A DNA stretch of 64,000 bases from Octopus sinensis. Its lineage: Eukaryota. Shown piece by piece: positions 23,132-37,209 of this stretch. The translations under genes and the position numbers were made by a program. Location of the stretch: contig NC_043002.1 of assembly GCF_006345805.1 (NCBI RefSeq), positions 20,956,001 to 21,020,000 of the forward strand. Direction: 5' to 3'. The notes under the pieces were generated by a model. That model did no database searches. It saw nothing but the letters and a program-made list of their open reading frames with translations, and was not told the DNA's origin. How positions within the stretch are numbered: the first letter of the stretch is position 1; every line of letters begins with the position of its first letter.

Positions 23132-23984
23132 TTTCTTCGCAAGAGAAGAAAAAAAGAGAAAACGAAAATAAAGATAAGAACGATAGAACCATTGATATAA
23201 TACATTTGTGAGAGGTCTGAGTAAGTCACTGGAAAGCTTTTCTGTTTGTTAACAAGCCCCCCGCCTGGGAATCGAAACCACAATCTTACGATCATGATGC
23301 TGACACTCTAACCACTAAGCCACGCGTTTCGACACATGCATTATATACATACATGATGGCCGTCCACTCGTGACCGAGAAAGACCATTGCCGACCTTCAG
23401 GAACATTGTGCGCTCTAGGAATAACTTATATTTTGCATTCGCGGCTCCGTTGGTGGCTAATGAGCCCTGCTTTTGACAAGCATACACGACTGCAAACATT
23501 GCAGACCAAGCTTTCCCCATTCACTATACGAGCCGTGCGCTTTCGCGCAGCTCGCTTAAGTTCTTCATGCTGGATACATACATACATACATACATACATA
23601 CATACATACATACATACATACATACACATACATACATACATACATACATACATGCATACATACATACATGTGGAGGCACATGGCCTAGTGGTTAGAGCAG
23701 CGGACTTGCGGTCGAGGGATCGCAGGTTCAAATCTCAGACCGGGCGATGTGTGTGTTTATGAGCGAAAACACCTAAGCTCCACGCGGCTCCGGCAGAAGG
23801 TAATGGCGAACTTCTGCTGACCTTTTCGCCACAACTTTCTCTCACTCTTTCCTCCTGCATCTTGCGGCTTACCTGGGACGGACCGGCGTCCCCCCCAGGT
23901 AGGGAACCTATACGCCAAGAAACCGGGAAACCGGCCCTTATGAGCCAGGCATGGCTCAAGAAGGCACAAACAACATACATATAT

Positions 23985-24136
23985 ACATACACACACATAC
24001 ATACATACATACATACATACATACATACATACATACATACATACATACATACGTACATACATACATACATACACCCACCCACCAACACACAAACATACAT
24101 ACACACATACATACATACATACATACATACATACAT

Positions 24137-24175
<39 letters not shown>

Positions 24176-24360
24176 CACTCATGTATAGGCATTATATAGG
24201 CAGTTAGGCTATTTCCTCTATTGTTCTGTAATCACAACCAATAAGTATCCATAGTTTGTGCTGTATGTAAATCAAAATACACATTAAAACTGAGAATGAT
24301 GGAAATACTATTTGCAGTACGTATATATGTGTGTGTTTAGATGTTTATATACATACATAC

Positions 24361-24400
<40 letters not shown>

Positions 24401-24519
24401 ATGTATGTATGTATGTATGTATGTATGTATGTGTGTATGTATGTGTGTATGTATGTATGTATGTATGTATGTATGTATGTATGTATGTGTGTATGTATGT
24501 ATGTATGTATATATGTATG

Positions 24520-24552
<33 letters not shown>

Positions 24553-24640
24553 GTGTATGTATGTGTGTATGTAGTATGTTATGTATGTATGTATGTATGT
24601 ATGTATGTAGTATGTATGTATGTATGTATGTATGTATATG
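23985..24640. repeat. Two opposed (ATAC)n/(GTAT)n microsatellite arrays
   Basis: Representative of the many (TA)n, (CA)n, (ATAC)n and (ATCT)n arrays. These account for most of the low-complexity ORFs in the track. Confidence 0.95.
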
Positions 24641-25121
24641 CCATTGTTACTGAAACATGAGATTAATGACTGTGGAATACAGCTACTTATATTATAACTA
24701 AAGCAAATGGCCTGATAACATAATCCAATGATTATTTCGGAAAAATTATCACCGTTCTGTTTGAGCATGTAAAAGACAAATTAGGTTGGGGCAAAATGAG
24801 TAAGACAAGATAACGCAAATCATCCACTTCAGTTCTCCAGAAAACAGACACATTACACATCAAAACCCATTCCTAGACATCAGGAAGATCAGAAATGATA
24901 AAAAAAACGGCAGAAACGTCAGCGTGCCGGCCGAAATACCTGTGTTTATTGTAGGCGCAGTAGTGGCTGTGTGGTAAGTAGCTTGCTTACCAACCACATG
25001 GTTCTAGGTTCAGTCCCCTGCGTGGCACCTTGGGCAGGTGTCTTCTACTATAGGCTCGGGCCGACCAAAGCCTTGTAAGTGGATATGGTAAACGGAAACT
25101 GAAAGAAGCCCGTCGTATCTA

Positions 25122-25195
<74 letters not shown>

Positions 25196-25217
25196 ATATA
25201 TATATCTTCTTCCTCTC

Positions 25218-25265
<48 letters not shown>

Positions 25266-25279
25266 GTATATATATATAT

Positions 25280-25312
<33 letters not shown>

Positions 25313-26839
25313 GATATATATATATATAATAATATTATATGTATGTGTGTGTGTATATGTTTCTGTTCTGTGTTTGTCCCCCACCAACATCGCTTGACAC
25401 CGATGCTGGTGGTGTTTACATCCCCGTAACTTAGCGGTTCGGCAAAAAGAGACCGATAGAATAAGTACTAGGCTTACAAAGAATAAGTCCTGGGGTCGAT
25501 TTGCTCGACTAAAGGCGGTGCTCCAGCATGGCCGCAGTCAAATGACTGAAACAAGTATAAGAGTAAAAGAGAGAGCAAGCAAATATCTAGGTGAAAGGAA
25601 AGAGGGTCTGTGAAAAATGACACATGATGTAAAATTAGTGAAACTCGACTAAATAAAAACAAACAAACTCAACATAAAATATTCTCTATAGCTTCTTCCC
25701 AATCTGCTGGAATGCCTGCCTTCCGGATATGTTTATACACCATGCAGTGAAAGAGAAGAAATTATTAAAATTAGTCATTATTCACTTTATCCCATTTTAG
25801 ACATAATTTGTTTGAAAATTGAAAATGATCAAATTAGACATTTGTGTGGGACAAAAATTGACTTGGAATCCAACAGAGAAAAGAATATTGATTGTTAAAC
25901 ACCAAAAATTATCCAGATATTTTATTAGCAACCACAATTACAATCGAGTTGAGGAAAAATTTCTTGAAAAAAGAGGACCTGCCACAACAACAACAACTAG
26001 TGGAGGCGCAGTAGCCCAGTGGTTACAGCGGACTTGTGGTAGTAAGAGCGCGGTTTCGATTCCCAGACCGGTCATTGTGAGTGCTTATTGAGCACAAACA
26101 CCAAAGCTCCACGAGGCACCGGCGGGGGTTGGGGGTGAACCCCCGCTGTACTCTTTCACCCCAACTTTCTCTCATTCTTTCTTCCTACTTCTGCCACAGA
26201 CCAGAGGAACCATGGTGTAACCCACTATGATGTGGTAAACTTTCAGACCCTAGTCTAGATTGCGAATCCTCTGTATCCCAGGATGGTTCAGCTCTCCACC
26301 CGTTAAAAGCCACCGTTTACGGAATGAGGATAACAACGTAGCTTTCGCGCGCGTGCTGCCGCCAGTCCATCGCGTGTGATGAGTGGATCAAGTTGCCGCA
26401 CGCATTCTTAGTAGCTTAAAGTAGGAACGATTTAGAGATTATTCTTTGTGGCTAATAGCGTGAGTCCTGATTGGAAGAAGAAAACAACAACTATGCTGAC
26501 CGATTTTTACTTCTAAATATTATGAAACCATACAAAACGATGGAATGTAATGGTTTCAAACAAGTCGGGAGAAAATAATGAGAAATCAGAGGTTACTCAT
26601 TTTGCCCCGGTTACCAATTTTGCCCACCGCTAAAAACATACACATGTATATACATAAATATGAAGTGAATGTACACGAAGGACGTTCTTTGCTAGAAATA
26701 GCAGCCAATAAATTATCGGTGTTATTTCTAGCAAAGAACGTACTTCGTGTTCATTCATTTCATATTTATAATTCTACCTCTTACGGTGCTCTCTCTTGCT
26801 GAATAGTAATATTACTTTTAATAATATTATATCTCTTGG

Positions 26840-26924
<85 letters not shown>

Positions 26925-27144
26925 AATAAAATAGAACATATGCATATATATAAACATATATGTACGTACCTACCTCTACATGTACATATACACGCATATA
27001 TGTGTACAGGACACCAAAAAGACGTCGAACACATAGAGAGACGAAAAACATAGACACAAACCAAGGAACAAGACAAGCAAAAAAAGAGATACAGGACAAT
27101 AAGCACAACGAAAAATCCCCTTCTTCAGTCGCTAAGGTTTCATC

Positions 27145-27206
<62 letters not shown>

Positions 27207-27239
27207 TATATATATAAACTTGCAAAGAAGGTCTTGAAA

Positions 27240-27285
27240 CCACCTGATGAATGTCAATAGAAGTGACAAGAAACGATCGTAGTGG
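27240..27285 (+). ncRNA. Minimal type-I hammerhead ribozyme motif
   Basis: CCAC-CTGATGA-a-TGTCA-atagaag-TGACA-a-GAAA-CGATCG-TA-GTGG: 4-bp stem I, 5-bp stem II, palindromic ACGATCGT stem III, GUA site. Confidence 0.8.
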
Positions 27286-27369
27286 ATATCTTAATTATAT
27301 TTAATTTATATAAAATTTTTTATGTATTGGATTAAGTCTTTCTTTGTTTGATTTGCATAATAGTGGTTT

Positions 27370-27457
<88 letters not shown>

Positions 27458-27651
27458 CGTGTGTGTGTATGTTTGTGTGTGTGTGTGTGTGCGTGTGTCT
27501 GTGTGTGTATACATATACACACATACTCATATACAAACACCGTAACATGCACGCGCGTGCGCAGATGCATAATACAACTTCAGTTACCCCAGCTCACAAC
27601 ATCCCAACGAGAATGAATATAATAAATGTGAAAATATCAAACAGAACATAC

Positions 27652-27900
27652 GGAAATTTGGTTTTGCTATCTCCGGTTCTCAATTTCTCTTCCTTCTTTC
27701 CGCTAACGAATGTTTTTCTCTTCTACTCAGGTCACTTCAGCGCTTTACTCCTCAACAAAAGAACATACGTGAACATTTTTTAGTTATGCATATAAGTAAA
27801 CAGATACATATGTGTATATATATATCTGTGTATCTACAAACTGAAAATATATATACTGTTGACAAACGTGTTGTAGCTTTACGACAGTATGTTTGCCGAA
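27652..27900 (-). other. Candidate untranslated first exon of CCDC65 (boundaries uncertain)
   Basis: Coding exon 1 has a strong acceptor 3 nt before its ATG, so an upstream exon is needed. This non-repetitive island has two GTATGTTCT donor-like sites (27651 and 27768) and adjoins an X-box. Confidence 0.35.
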
Positions 27901-27908
27901 AACTGGTT

Positions 27909-27922
27909 GTTACCTTGACAAC
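27909..27922. promoter_or_regulatory. Putative RFX X-box GTTACCTTGACAAC
   Basis: 12/14 match to GTTRCCATGGYAAC, in unique sequence upstream of a motile-cilia gene. RFX control of ciliary genes is established. Confidence 0.45.
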
Positions 27923-29649
27923 CAGACGACAGAATTGTCTTGCTATCGAGGATTTGTTTATATCGTCACGCCAAACAAACAGTCCATTGTCAATCAATAA
28001 CAATCGGCATTTCTACATTTCTCTCTCTCCCTCTTTCCGACTGTCACTCCCTCATTCTCTCTGTTTATATGCTTTTCCTATTTTGCCTGTCTTTCGATTT
28101 CTTTCTCTCTCTCGCACACACGCACACACACATTTTCACACTTCAGCAAACCTAGCACGAATATACTTTTTTTTTTTTTCCTTTTCTACTCTAGGCACAA
28201 GACCCGAAATTTTGGTGTAGGGAGCCAGTCGATTAAATCGACTCCAGTACGCAACTGGTACCTAATTTATCGACCCCGAAAGGATGAAAGTCAGAGTCGA
28301 CCTCGGAGAAATTTGAACTCAAGAACGCAAGAGAGACGAAATATTTCTCCACTACCCCAAGGGGCTAAACACAGAGAGGACAAACAAAGACAGACAAATG
28401 GATTAATTTGATTATATCGATCTCAATGCGTAACTGGTACTTAATTTTATCGACCCTGAAAGTCAACCTCGGCGGAATTTGATCTCAAAACGTAGCGGCA
28501 GACGAAATACCTATTTCTTTATTACCCACAAGGGGCTAAACACAGAGTGGACAAACAAGGACAGACATAGGTATTAAGTCGATTACATCGACCCCAGTAC
28601 GTTACTGGTACTTAATTTATCGACCCCGAAAGGATGAAAAGCAAAGTCGACCTCGGCGGAATTTGAACTCACAACGAAACGGCAGACGAAATACCGCTAA
28701 GCATTTCGCCCGGCGTGCTAACGTTTCTGCCAGCCTGCCGCCTTCGGCAGACGAAATACCGCTGAGCATTTCGCCCGGCGTGTTAACGTTTCTACCAGCT
28801 CGCCACCTTTTAACGTAAGGGCGGAAGAAAAGCTGCTAAGTCTTATACCCGGCGTGCTAAACGATTCTTCCAGCTCGCCGCCTGAACCCAGCACGAATAT
28901 AAATATGACATGTCTGCGCATTGTATTATTTAGCTCACATCGCTTAAGTTCCGCCGAGGTTGACTTTGTCTTTCATCCTTTAGGGGTCGATAAATTAAGT
29001 ACCAGCTGAGTACTGGGGTCGATGTAATCGAGTGGCCCTCTCCTCTAAAAGTTCAGGCCTTGTCCCTATATTTAGAAAGTATTATTAAGGTGGTGCAAGG
29101 CGACGAACCGTTGGCGGCATTTCATTGCGTTCAAATTCCACCGAGATCAACTTAGCTTTTATCCTGCCAGGGTCGATAAAATAAGTACCAGCTGAGTAAT
29201 GAGATTGACGCAATAGACTTAACCATTCCCGCGAAATTGCTGACCTTGGGCCAAAATTAAGCAATTATTAAGGTGGTAGATTAACAGAATCGTTAGAACC
29301 GCGGGTAAACTGTCTCGTGGTATTTATTCCAACTCCTCACGTTCTGAGTTCAAATACCACCGGATTAACTTGGTCTTTCATCCATCAGAGGTCAACAAAA
29401 TAAAATACCTGTCAAGTTACCAGAGTCGATGTTATCGACTAATCTCCATTCCTCAAACTGCAGCTTAAACCAGAAACCATGATCAGAGTTCATATTCCAC
29501 CAAGCTCAACTTTGCGTATTTACTCCTCACAGGTAGATAAAATAACGTGTCAGTCAAATACAGGGCTCGGTGAGTAGCTAGAACGTGTCACTTGAGGCAA
29601 CCCTTGCATCTGTTGCTACTCAGATCCCGAGGTATTATACAGATTTTTA

Positions 29650-29883
29650 AAGGCGGCGGGCAGGTAGAAACGTTAGCACGCCGGGCGAGATGCTTAGCGG
29701 TATTTCGTCAGCCGTTACGTTCTGAGTTCAAATTCCGCCGAGGTCGACTTTGCAATTCATCCTTTCGGGGTCGATTAAATAAGTACCAGTTACGCACTGG
29801 GGTCGATATAATCGACTTAATCCGTGTGTCTGTCCTTGTTTGTCCTCTCTGTGTTTAGCCCCTTGTGGGTAGTAAAGAAATAG
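29650..29883 (+). mobile_element. tRNA-derived SINE family B (GGCGGCGAGCTGGCAG head; GCCTTTCATCCTTTCGGGGTCGATAAA core)
   Basis: Representative copy. Others at approximately 540-712(-), 4387-4790, 10985-11165(-), 11225-11397, 13612-13850, 15030-15245, 28190-28880(-), 31707-31940, 32810-33052(-), 34810-35216(-), 41390-41590, 52685-53102(-), 63370-63585. B-box-like GTTCAAATTCC. The core recalls the Meta/MESC SINE domain (from memory). Confidence 0.85.
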
Positions 29884-32800
29884 GCATTATACAGACTTAT
29901 ACAGCGGACCCCAAAAACCAGTCACATAAAAGCGTCGCCAGTTCGGAGTGCCCCCCGCTCTCCGCCCCGTTAAGTTGCCGAGGGGGGGGGCAGTCTTTGT
30001 GACGTAGTCTATTATTGGTGATCTCTCCTTTGCCAGGAGGGGGTCATCAGTGGCAGTGAGGTCCAGCACTATTAGCAACCTCGTGATTTCTAGTCCTGTG
30101 CTATTCATATTGAGTAAAAATCGAAGTCAATATTATTTTTGCGACATGTACAATGTATTGATATAGCAATATGTACAACGTTGAAGGAGACACGATATAT
30201 CAAACTCACAAGATATTGAATTGTATAAGAGACATTGGCCACAATTTGTCGTTTGAAAATGTTTCTTCTATCTTACAATATAAATTTGTGTTACATTTTT
30301 TACATTTTTTTGGTGATTATATTTTCAAAAATAACTTTTATTATTTGTTTTCTTTTTAATTAATTAATTAATTAATTAATTAATTTTGGCCTTTTCTCTT
30401 TTACCATGTTTCAGTCATTGAACTGCGATCATGCTGGGGCATTGCCTTGAAGAATTTTCACCGAACACATCGACACCAGGACTTATTTTCCAGGTCTGGT
30501 AATCATTCTATTGATCTCTTTTACAGAACCACCAATTAATAGAAATATAAACAAACCAACACCGGTTATCAGGCGGTGGTGGGGGACAAACATAAGCACA
30601 AAGAGACACAGACACATGATGGGCGTCCACTCTTAAGGCATTAGCCAGACCAGGGCTATAGTAGAATACACTTTCTCAAGATGCCGCGGGGTGGGACTGA
30701 ACCTGAGACCATGTGGTCGCAAAACGAGTTTCCAAGCCACACAGCCTTGCCCATACCTAATTTTAATAATTTTGCTCTTTGAATTTTTTTTTTTTTTCAC
30801 TGTCAATAGAATTCACTACGAATAAAACTTTAAATAATGTTTAACGTTGTATTTACTCTACGGATAAAATTGTTATTGGTTAACGATGCATTTACTCAGC
30901 GAGTATAAAGCCTGACAGATCACTTACCAGTAATATATTTGGTACGGCGATGTAATTCCCCTTGCAATGGAATTGCAAACGATTTATTTACCACGAGATA
31001 ATTACCCACGTTATTAGCTGGACACCCTCGAACAGTAATGTTATTCATTTTAGTGTAACCATGAAATTTCTCCAAATATCTTTTATATATATATATATAT
31101 TATTCAACAATGATTGAGCTTCTATAAGAAAAGATTGCCAGTCTTTGTATGATGTTCTTCTGGCATTGTGCAGTAGAGACAACATTTATCAAAATTTCAG
31201 AGATTCATTCATAAATTTACTTCTTTCCTGTGTCAGTAGAATCTGCACTAAGTAAAAATTACTTTCTATGATAAGAAACTATTGAAAACAGTTTTTCCGG
31301 AATCGTAAGTGAATTAATTATTTTAGATTTTGTATAATATTTAACCATCTTATGATATACCAACAAACAAGGGAACTCTTCATATATCCTTTGAAACTTG
31401 TAGAGGCGTAACTTAAGGAAGGACATATCGGATAACATGATCCTGGATGCACATTTGTCAAGCTGTGAACATCTTTGATCATAAGTCTTCGATTAGGGCT
31501 GACCAGGGGCTAAACAACAATAGCAACAATAAAAGCAGCAGCAGTGACAATAATAATCTAGAACTTTGCTTAAATGTAATAGCTTCTAAGAACTGTGCAG
31601 AGATGTAATTAATTTGAAATCTGCGCGGTACCTTGGTCAAGTGTCTTCTACTATAACCTCGGACCGACCAAAGGCTTGTGAGTGGATTTGGTAGACAGAA
31701 ACTGGAAGGCGGCGAGCTGGCAGAAATGTTAGCATGCCGGGCGAAATGCGTAGCTGTATTTCGTCTGCCGTTACGTCCTGGGTTCAAATGCCGCCGAGGT
31801 CGACTTTGCTTTCATCCTTCCGGGGTCGATAAATTAAGTGCCAGTTAGGCACTGGGATCGATGTAATCGACTTAATCCCTTTGTCTGTCCTTGTTTGTCC
31901 CCTCTATGTTTAGCCCCTTGTGGGCAATAAAGAAATAAGAAACTGGAAGAAGCTCGTCGTGTAAAATGCACTTGACGTTAAATCTATTTACGGTTAAGAA
32001 AAAAATTACTTGCCAGCGTTCCCTTCAACATATACGCAGTAATTACATTCGGTTAAAATGTCTTATTGATGTGTTTTGTGTCTCTCTTTTTTTTTCCTGA
32101 TGAAAAGATCGCATTGTTTTACATCATTTTATTCCTTCTGAAATAAGACCAATGTTTTCTTCGAAACATATATCGGAAGTATAAAGATTTGAATAACACT
32201 TACAATTACGTTTAACTCCATTTCTTTATTTATCTATGTAATACAAAAACATTTCACTAAACTCTGGAATTTCTACCTTTATAAGTAGGCTGTAACAGCC
32301 TTGGTACTTTTGTGAATTTTTTTGCTACCCTGGTAACTGTTTATTCATTTTTTCCGTGTTATTTGTACAGCTTGAAAAAAAAATACACACACACATACAC
32401 GTGTGTGCGTCTTCCCATCACCGCTTGACAACGGATGTTGGTGTATTTACCTCCCCCATAAGGTAGCGGTTCGGCAAAAAGAAACTGATAGAATAAGTAC
32501 TAGGCTTTAAAAAAATCTTGAGGTCGATTTGCTCGACTAAAGCCCTTCAAAGCGGTGCTCCAATAAGGCCGCATTCAGTTGACTTAAACGAGTAAAAGAG
32601 TAAAAAGAATTTTGTTATGGTTTCATTTTAGTATGGCTAATCTATGCTATAACAATAATAGCAATGCGTTGCTTCCGATTTGAGCACGAGAAAATGGATC
32701 GGAGCAATTAATGTATTCATACGTTGCTACTATAAACCATTATCACGCGTTGTTGTTATAAACCAAACAGTATAATAAGTATTCTGAGCATCAATTATAT

Positions 32801-33511
32801 TATATTATGTATTTCTTTATTGCCCACAAGGGGCTAAACAGAGAGGGGACAAACAAGGACAGACAAGGACAGACAAAGGGATTAAGTCGATTACATCGAC
32901 CCCAGTAATAACTGGTACTTAATTTATCGACCCCGAAAGGATGAAAGGCAAAGTCGACCTCGGCGGAATTTGAACTCAGAACGTAACGGCAGACGAAATA
33001 CGGCAACGCATTTCGCCCGGCGTGCTGACGTTTCTGCCAGCTCGCCGCCTTCATATCAATTATATAATTTTATGATCCAGCTGTCAGTGAATTTAAAAGC
33101 ATACATATTAATTTCAAACATACGTACATATTGTGACGCTGTCAGTATCAGATGTGCAGGTGTAAAGGTGCGTTTAAAATTCCTTTTTGAACGTTTTCTT
33201 ATATAAGTCTGTAATTATGCCGATTTCCCGACTTAAATTACTGACTGGTTTGTACCTTCTGTTATAAATAAGAGAAACAAATTTTACTTATCAAAGTAAC
33301 GTAATTCAAACCGGATTATAAAATGTATCTTACACCATGTGGAACTAGGCTTGTGAATCATGTGTGAAATTTGATAACACCAACATTGATACTAGCACAA
33401 GCGGTACTATGATACCTGTAAGTTATTGAGACAGCGAAAGTATGCTTCTCGTTTCACTTGGCTTTCAAATTTAAATCATGATCATATATACAAAGGTACA
33501 AACGCGCGCCT

Positions 33512-33576
<65 letters not shown>

Positions 33577-33654
33577 ACACACACACCACACCACACACAC
33601 AACACACACACACACAACACACCACACACACACACACACACCACACACACACAC

Positions 33655-33709
<55 letters not shown>

Positions 33710-34109
33710 TTCAAAAAATGCTGTATATACGATGCAAATTAAATTAATAGCAAGAAAAAGCTATTAAAATCTGATTTACCTCCCTTGATAGGTTATACGG
33801 TGTTGCCTCCCTTTAATTGAAATAATTTTATTTTTTATTTTTATTCTATTCTGAAGTTACACTTGTGTGTTAAATGTGAATTCAACACAAAAATCGAAAC
33901 ATTATTTCGAATTTGATTTGAATCGCTCTGTTAGCCTCTTCGACAAAGGTAAACCAGGGTGAAGCATCCATTGAGGAAGGAAATTTGATATGCTGAGTAT
34001 CTGTAGGTGCTCACAGTTTTTTTTTTTCAATATCTCTTTGCTAATTGTTCTACAACGGTCTTAGTGGAGGATACTAGCTGATAATATGAAGTGAACAAAA
34101 AACAGAGAA

Positions 34110-34143
<34 letters not shown>

Positions 34144-36279
34144 ATGCATACATATTTACATGCTTACATGTACAAATGTATTATAAAGATGGCAAACGCG
34201 TAAGGACATTTTAAAATAAAGTCGTCTTATGCATTTACTCGCGTGCGCGCACACAAAAACACTCTCTCGTTTCTTTCTCTCTTACACACACTCTCTTTCT
34301 CTCTCACACACTCCCTTTTTCTCTCACACTCTCTTTCTCTCTCACACACTCCCTTTTTCTCTCACACTCTCTTTCTCTCTCACACACTCACTCTCTATCC
34401 TTGTCTTTATTTTTCTCTTTCTCACTTTTTTCTCTCTCTCTCTCTCACACACACACACAGAGTTACACACATACAGAGTTCTGTTTTTCAAATCCTGCTG
34501 TGTTCAACTTTGGCTTTCTTCCTTCCGCGATCAATAAAATAAGCTTTGATCGGTTTACCTATCCCTTTAAATTGCATGATCTGTGCTTTCAGCCGACAGT
34601 ACCGTGAGAGCGACGTTAAAAATGCTTGGCTTCTGATTCTTCGCATTCTGAGCTCAAATCCTGTCGAAATCAACTTTGCATTTCATCCCTCGGGGAAAAA
34701 AAAAAACTGCACTAGTCAAGCGCTGCGATCGTTGGTACTGACCGCCTTCTCCCCCGCAAAATTGCTATCCTTCTAATTAAATTAAATACAGTAATCAAAA
34801 AAAAATTCTTTATTGCACACAGGGGGCTAAACGTAGAGGGGACAAACAAGGACAGACAAAGGGAGTAAGTTGATTACATCGACCCCAGTGCGTAACTGGT
34901 ACTTATTTAATCGACCCTGAAAGGGTGAAAGCAAAGTGGACCTCGGCGGAATTTGAACTAAGAACGTAATGGCAGACGAAATACCTATTTCTTTAATACC
35001 CACAAGAGGCTAAACATAGAGGGGACAAACAAGGACAGACAAACAGATTAAGTCGATTATATCGACCCTATTGCATAACTGGTACTTAATTTATCGACCT
35101 CGAAAGGATGAAAGGCAAAGTTGACCTCGGCGTAACTTGAACTCAGCACGTAACGTCCGACGAAATACCGCTACGCATTTCACCCGGCGTGCTAACGTTT
35201 CTGCCAGCTCGCCGCCTGTACACTACAATAATTTGTACGGAGGTTTGGTAAAATTGTCAGTGTTAAAACTTATTGAGGTTGATGGACGATAGAATGAGTT
35301 AAGTGATAGCCTTGTGTATGTGTCAATAAGAAATCATCGAGACTGGCAGAAGCTACAATTGGTAAAGCAGCAGCTTTGTTATAAACTATGGAGACAGATG
35401 AAAGGTAGAATGACTAGAGCTTTAGAACAAACAGTTTTCGTTATTTCATTTCTATATTTAAATCGGTGGAGGCACATGGCCTAGTGGTTAGAGCAGAGGG
35501 ATCGCGGGTTCGAATCTCAGTCCGGGCGATGTGTGTGTTTATGAGCGAAACACCTAAGCTCCGCGCGGCTCCGGCAGAAGGTAATGGCGAACTTCTGCTG
35601 ACTCTTTCGCCACAACTTTCTCTCACTCTTTCCTCCTGCATCTTGCAGCTCACCTGCGACGGATCGGTGTCCCATCCAGGTGGGGAACCTATACATCAAG
35701 GAAGCCGGGAAACCGGCTCTTATGAGCCAGGCATGGCTCGAGAAGGAACAAACATATTTAAATCCACTGTTCAAATCCAGCAGGAGTGAAATTTGTGTGA
35801 GATTTGACTGCTGTTTTTAACATGGTAAATGACCACATAGGGGCTTTATCTTTGATTCACTGCGATTTCTGTTATTGTCGTTTATCCCTAAATCAACCTT
35901 AATTGAACAAACCCATGAGAAAACCGTTCCATCTATGGCCATCCCATCTTTTTTGTATTGCTCCATCTATATTTTCGTTTTTACGAAAGCCGGGTGTAAT
36001 ATGAACGCGATTTGGTTACAGTTTCTTGCAAGATGAGGAACAATATAGACTCAAGCTGAGGGGCCCCGCGACTGCGTGCGAAATTTCGCTACGTCGAATT
36101 TGAAACCCACCGACAAGATACTCTAAAAGCACAAACACATTTACACACGCATGTGCGCGTGTGTATGGTGGTGGTGGTGGTGGGGGGGGGGGGCAGTAAA
36201 CCTTGCCGACATCCGATCTGCTAACCTTTCTATTCGCTTATAGCAGAGATTTCGGCCTATCAATCTTGTCATTTAAGGG

Positions 36280-37209
36280 TAAGATATGAAAGGTGCTTTT
36301 GAAAGTTCTGCGCTTAAACTACACAATATAAGCGGACATACAGAGGTCATTTCTTGAAGTTGGTGCCCTAGCTTTCTGCAAACACAACCACTAGGGAAAG
36401 CGAAACGACCCACGTTACACGATGAAGAGAGTGAAGTTTTGGAGTAAGAGTTTGATGCTTTGGGGATACATAAAAAGTGATGGTTCAAGAAAGTTGGTTT
36501 AAAATTGACGATAACTTGAATAGTGCCAAATACATCCAGTTGCTGAAGGACAATTTGATATCAGACTTGGATGAAGGTGAGATTTTTCAGCATGACGGAG
36601 CCCCATGTCATAGATCGCATGCAACACAACAGAGTCTGGCTGATGAAGGTGTTACCGTATTGAAAGATTGGCCAACCCAGAGCCCTGACTTTAAATATCA
36701 TCGAGCAAATGTAGACAGAACTAAAGAGAAGAGTTCGTCAGAAGAATCCACGCAAACTTGAAGAGTTGCGGGAGCTCAGCCACAGAGAATGACTTCTGAT
36801 ACCTGTGAAGATGGTGAAGGATTTGTACGCATCTCTTCCAAGGCGCATTGAAGCAATTGTTCAAGCTAAGGGAAGCCACACGAAATAATAACAATGTACA
36901 GTAACTTCTTGAAATCAACATTATGCAATAAATTTTCATTATAGACATTTTTCTGTTTTAAAACACTGTATCTTGATTGGTTTATGTGAGGTGGCCAAAA
37001 CCTTTTGGATGGCCATTTTTAGTGGTTGTCTCGCATCTTCCTCTCTCATTCAGAACCCCTACTACAAGATATAGCGATTAGGTATGAAAATGACTCCAAC
37101 AGGGCCAATGTTTCATCTGTAAAAATCGCAATGCGAAACATCCACTTATAAATTGGCAATTAAAAATTTTCGATAGTTTAAAGTGGCCGAAAACTTTTGC
37201 ACAGTACTG
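36280..37209 (+). mobile_element. Tc1-like DNA transposon, 5'-truncated, with right IR/DR terminus
   Basis: IFQHDGAPCH and WP.QSPD motifs; the ORF ends ..KGSHTK* near 36889. The right end reads CAGTACTGTGCAAAAGTTTT on the minus strand, followed by TA. An inner direct repeat lies at ~36992-37008. Confidence 0.9.

Noticed and set aside
28190-28880. Regularly repeated units resembling a CRISPR array
   Set aside because: The units are tandem pieces of SINE family B with no unique spacers, in a eukaryotic context with no cas genes.
32671-32710. Small hairpin TTGCTTCCGATT...GATCGGAGCAA as a miRNA precursor
   Set aside because: The stem is only ~11 bp with a large loop, too short for a pre-miRNA.
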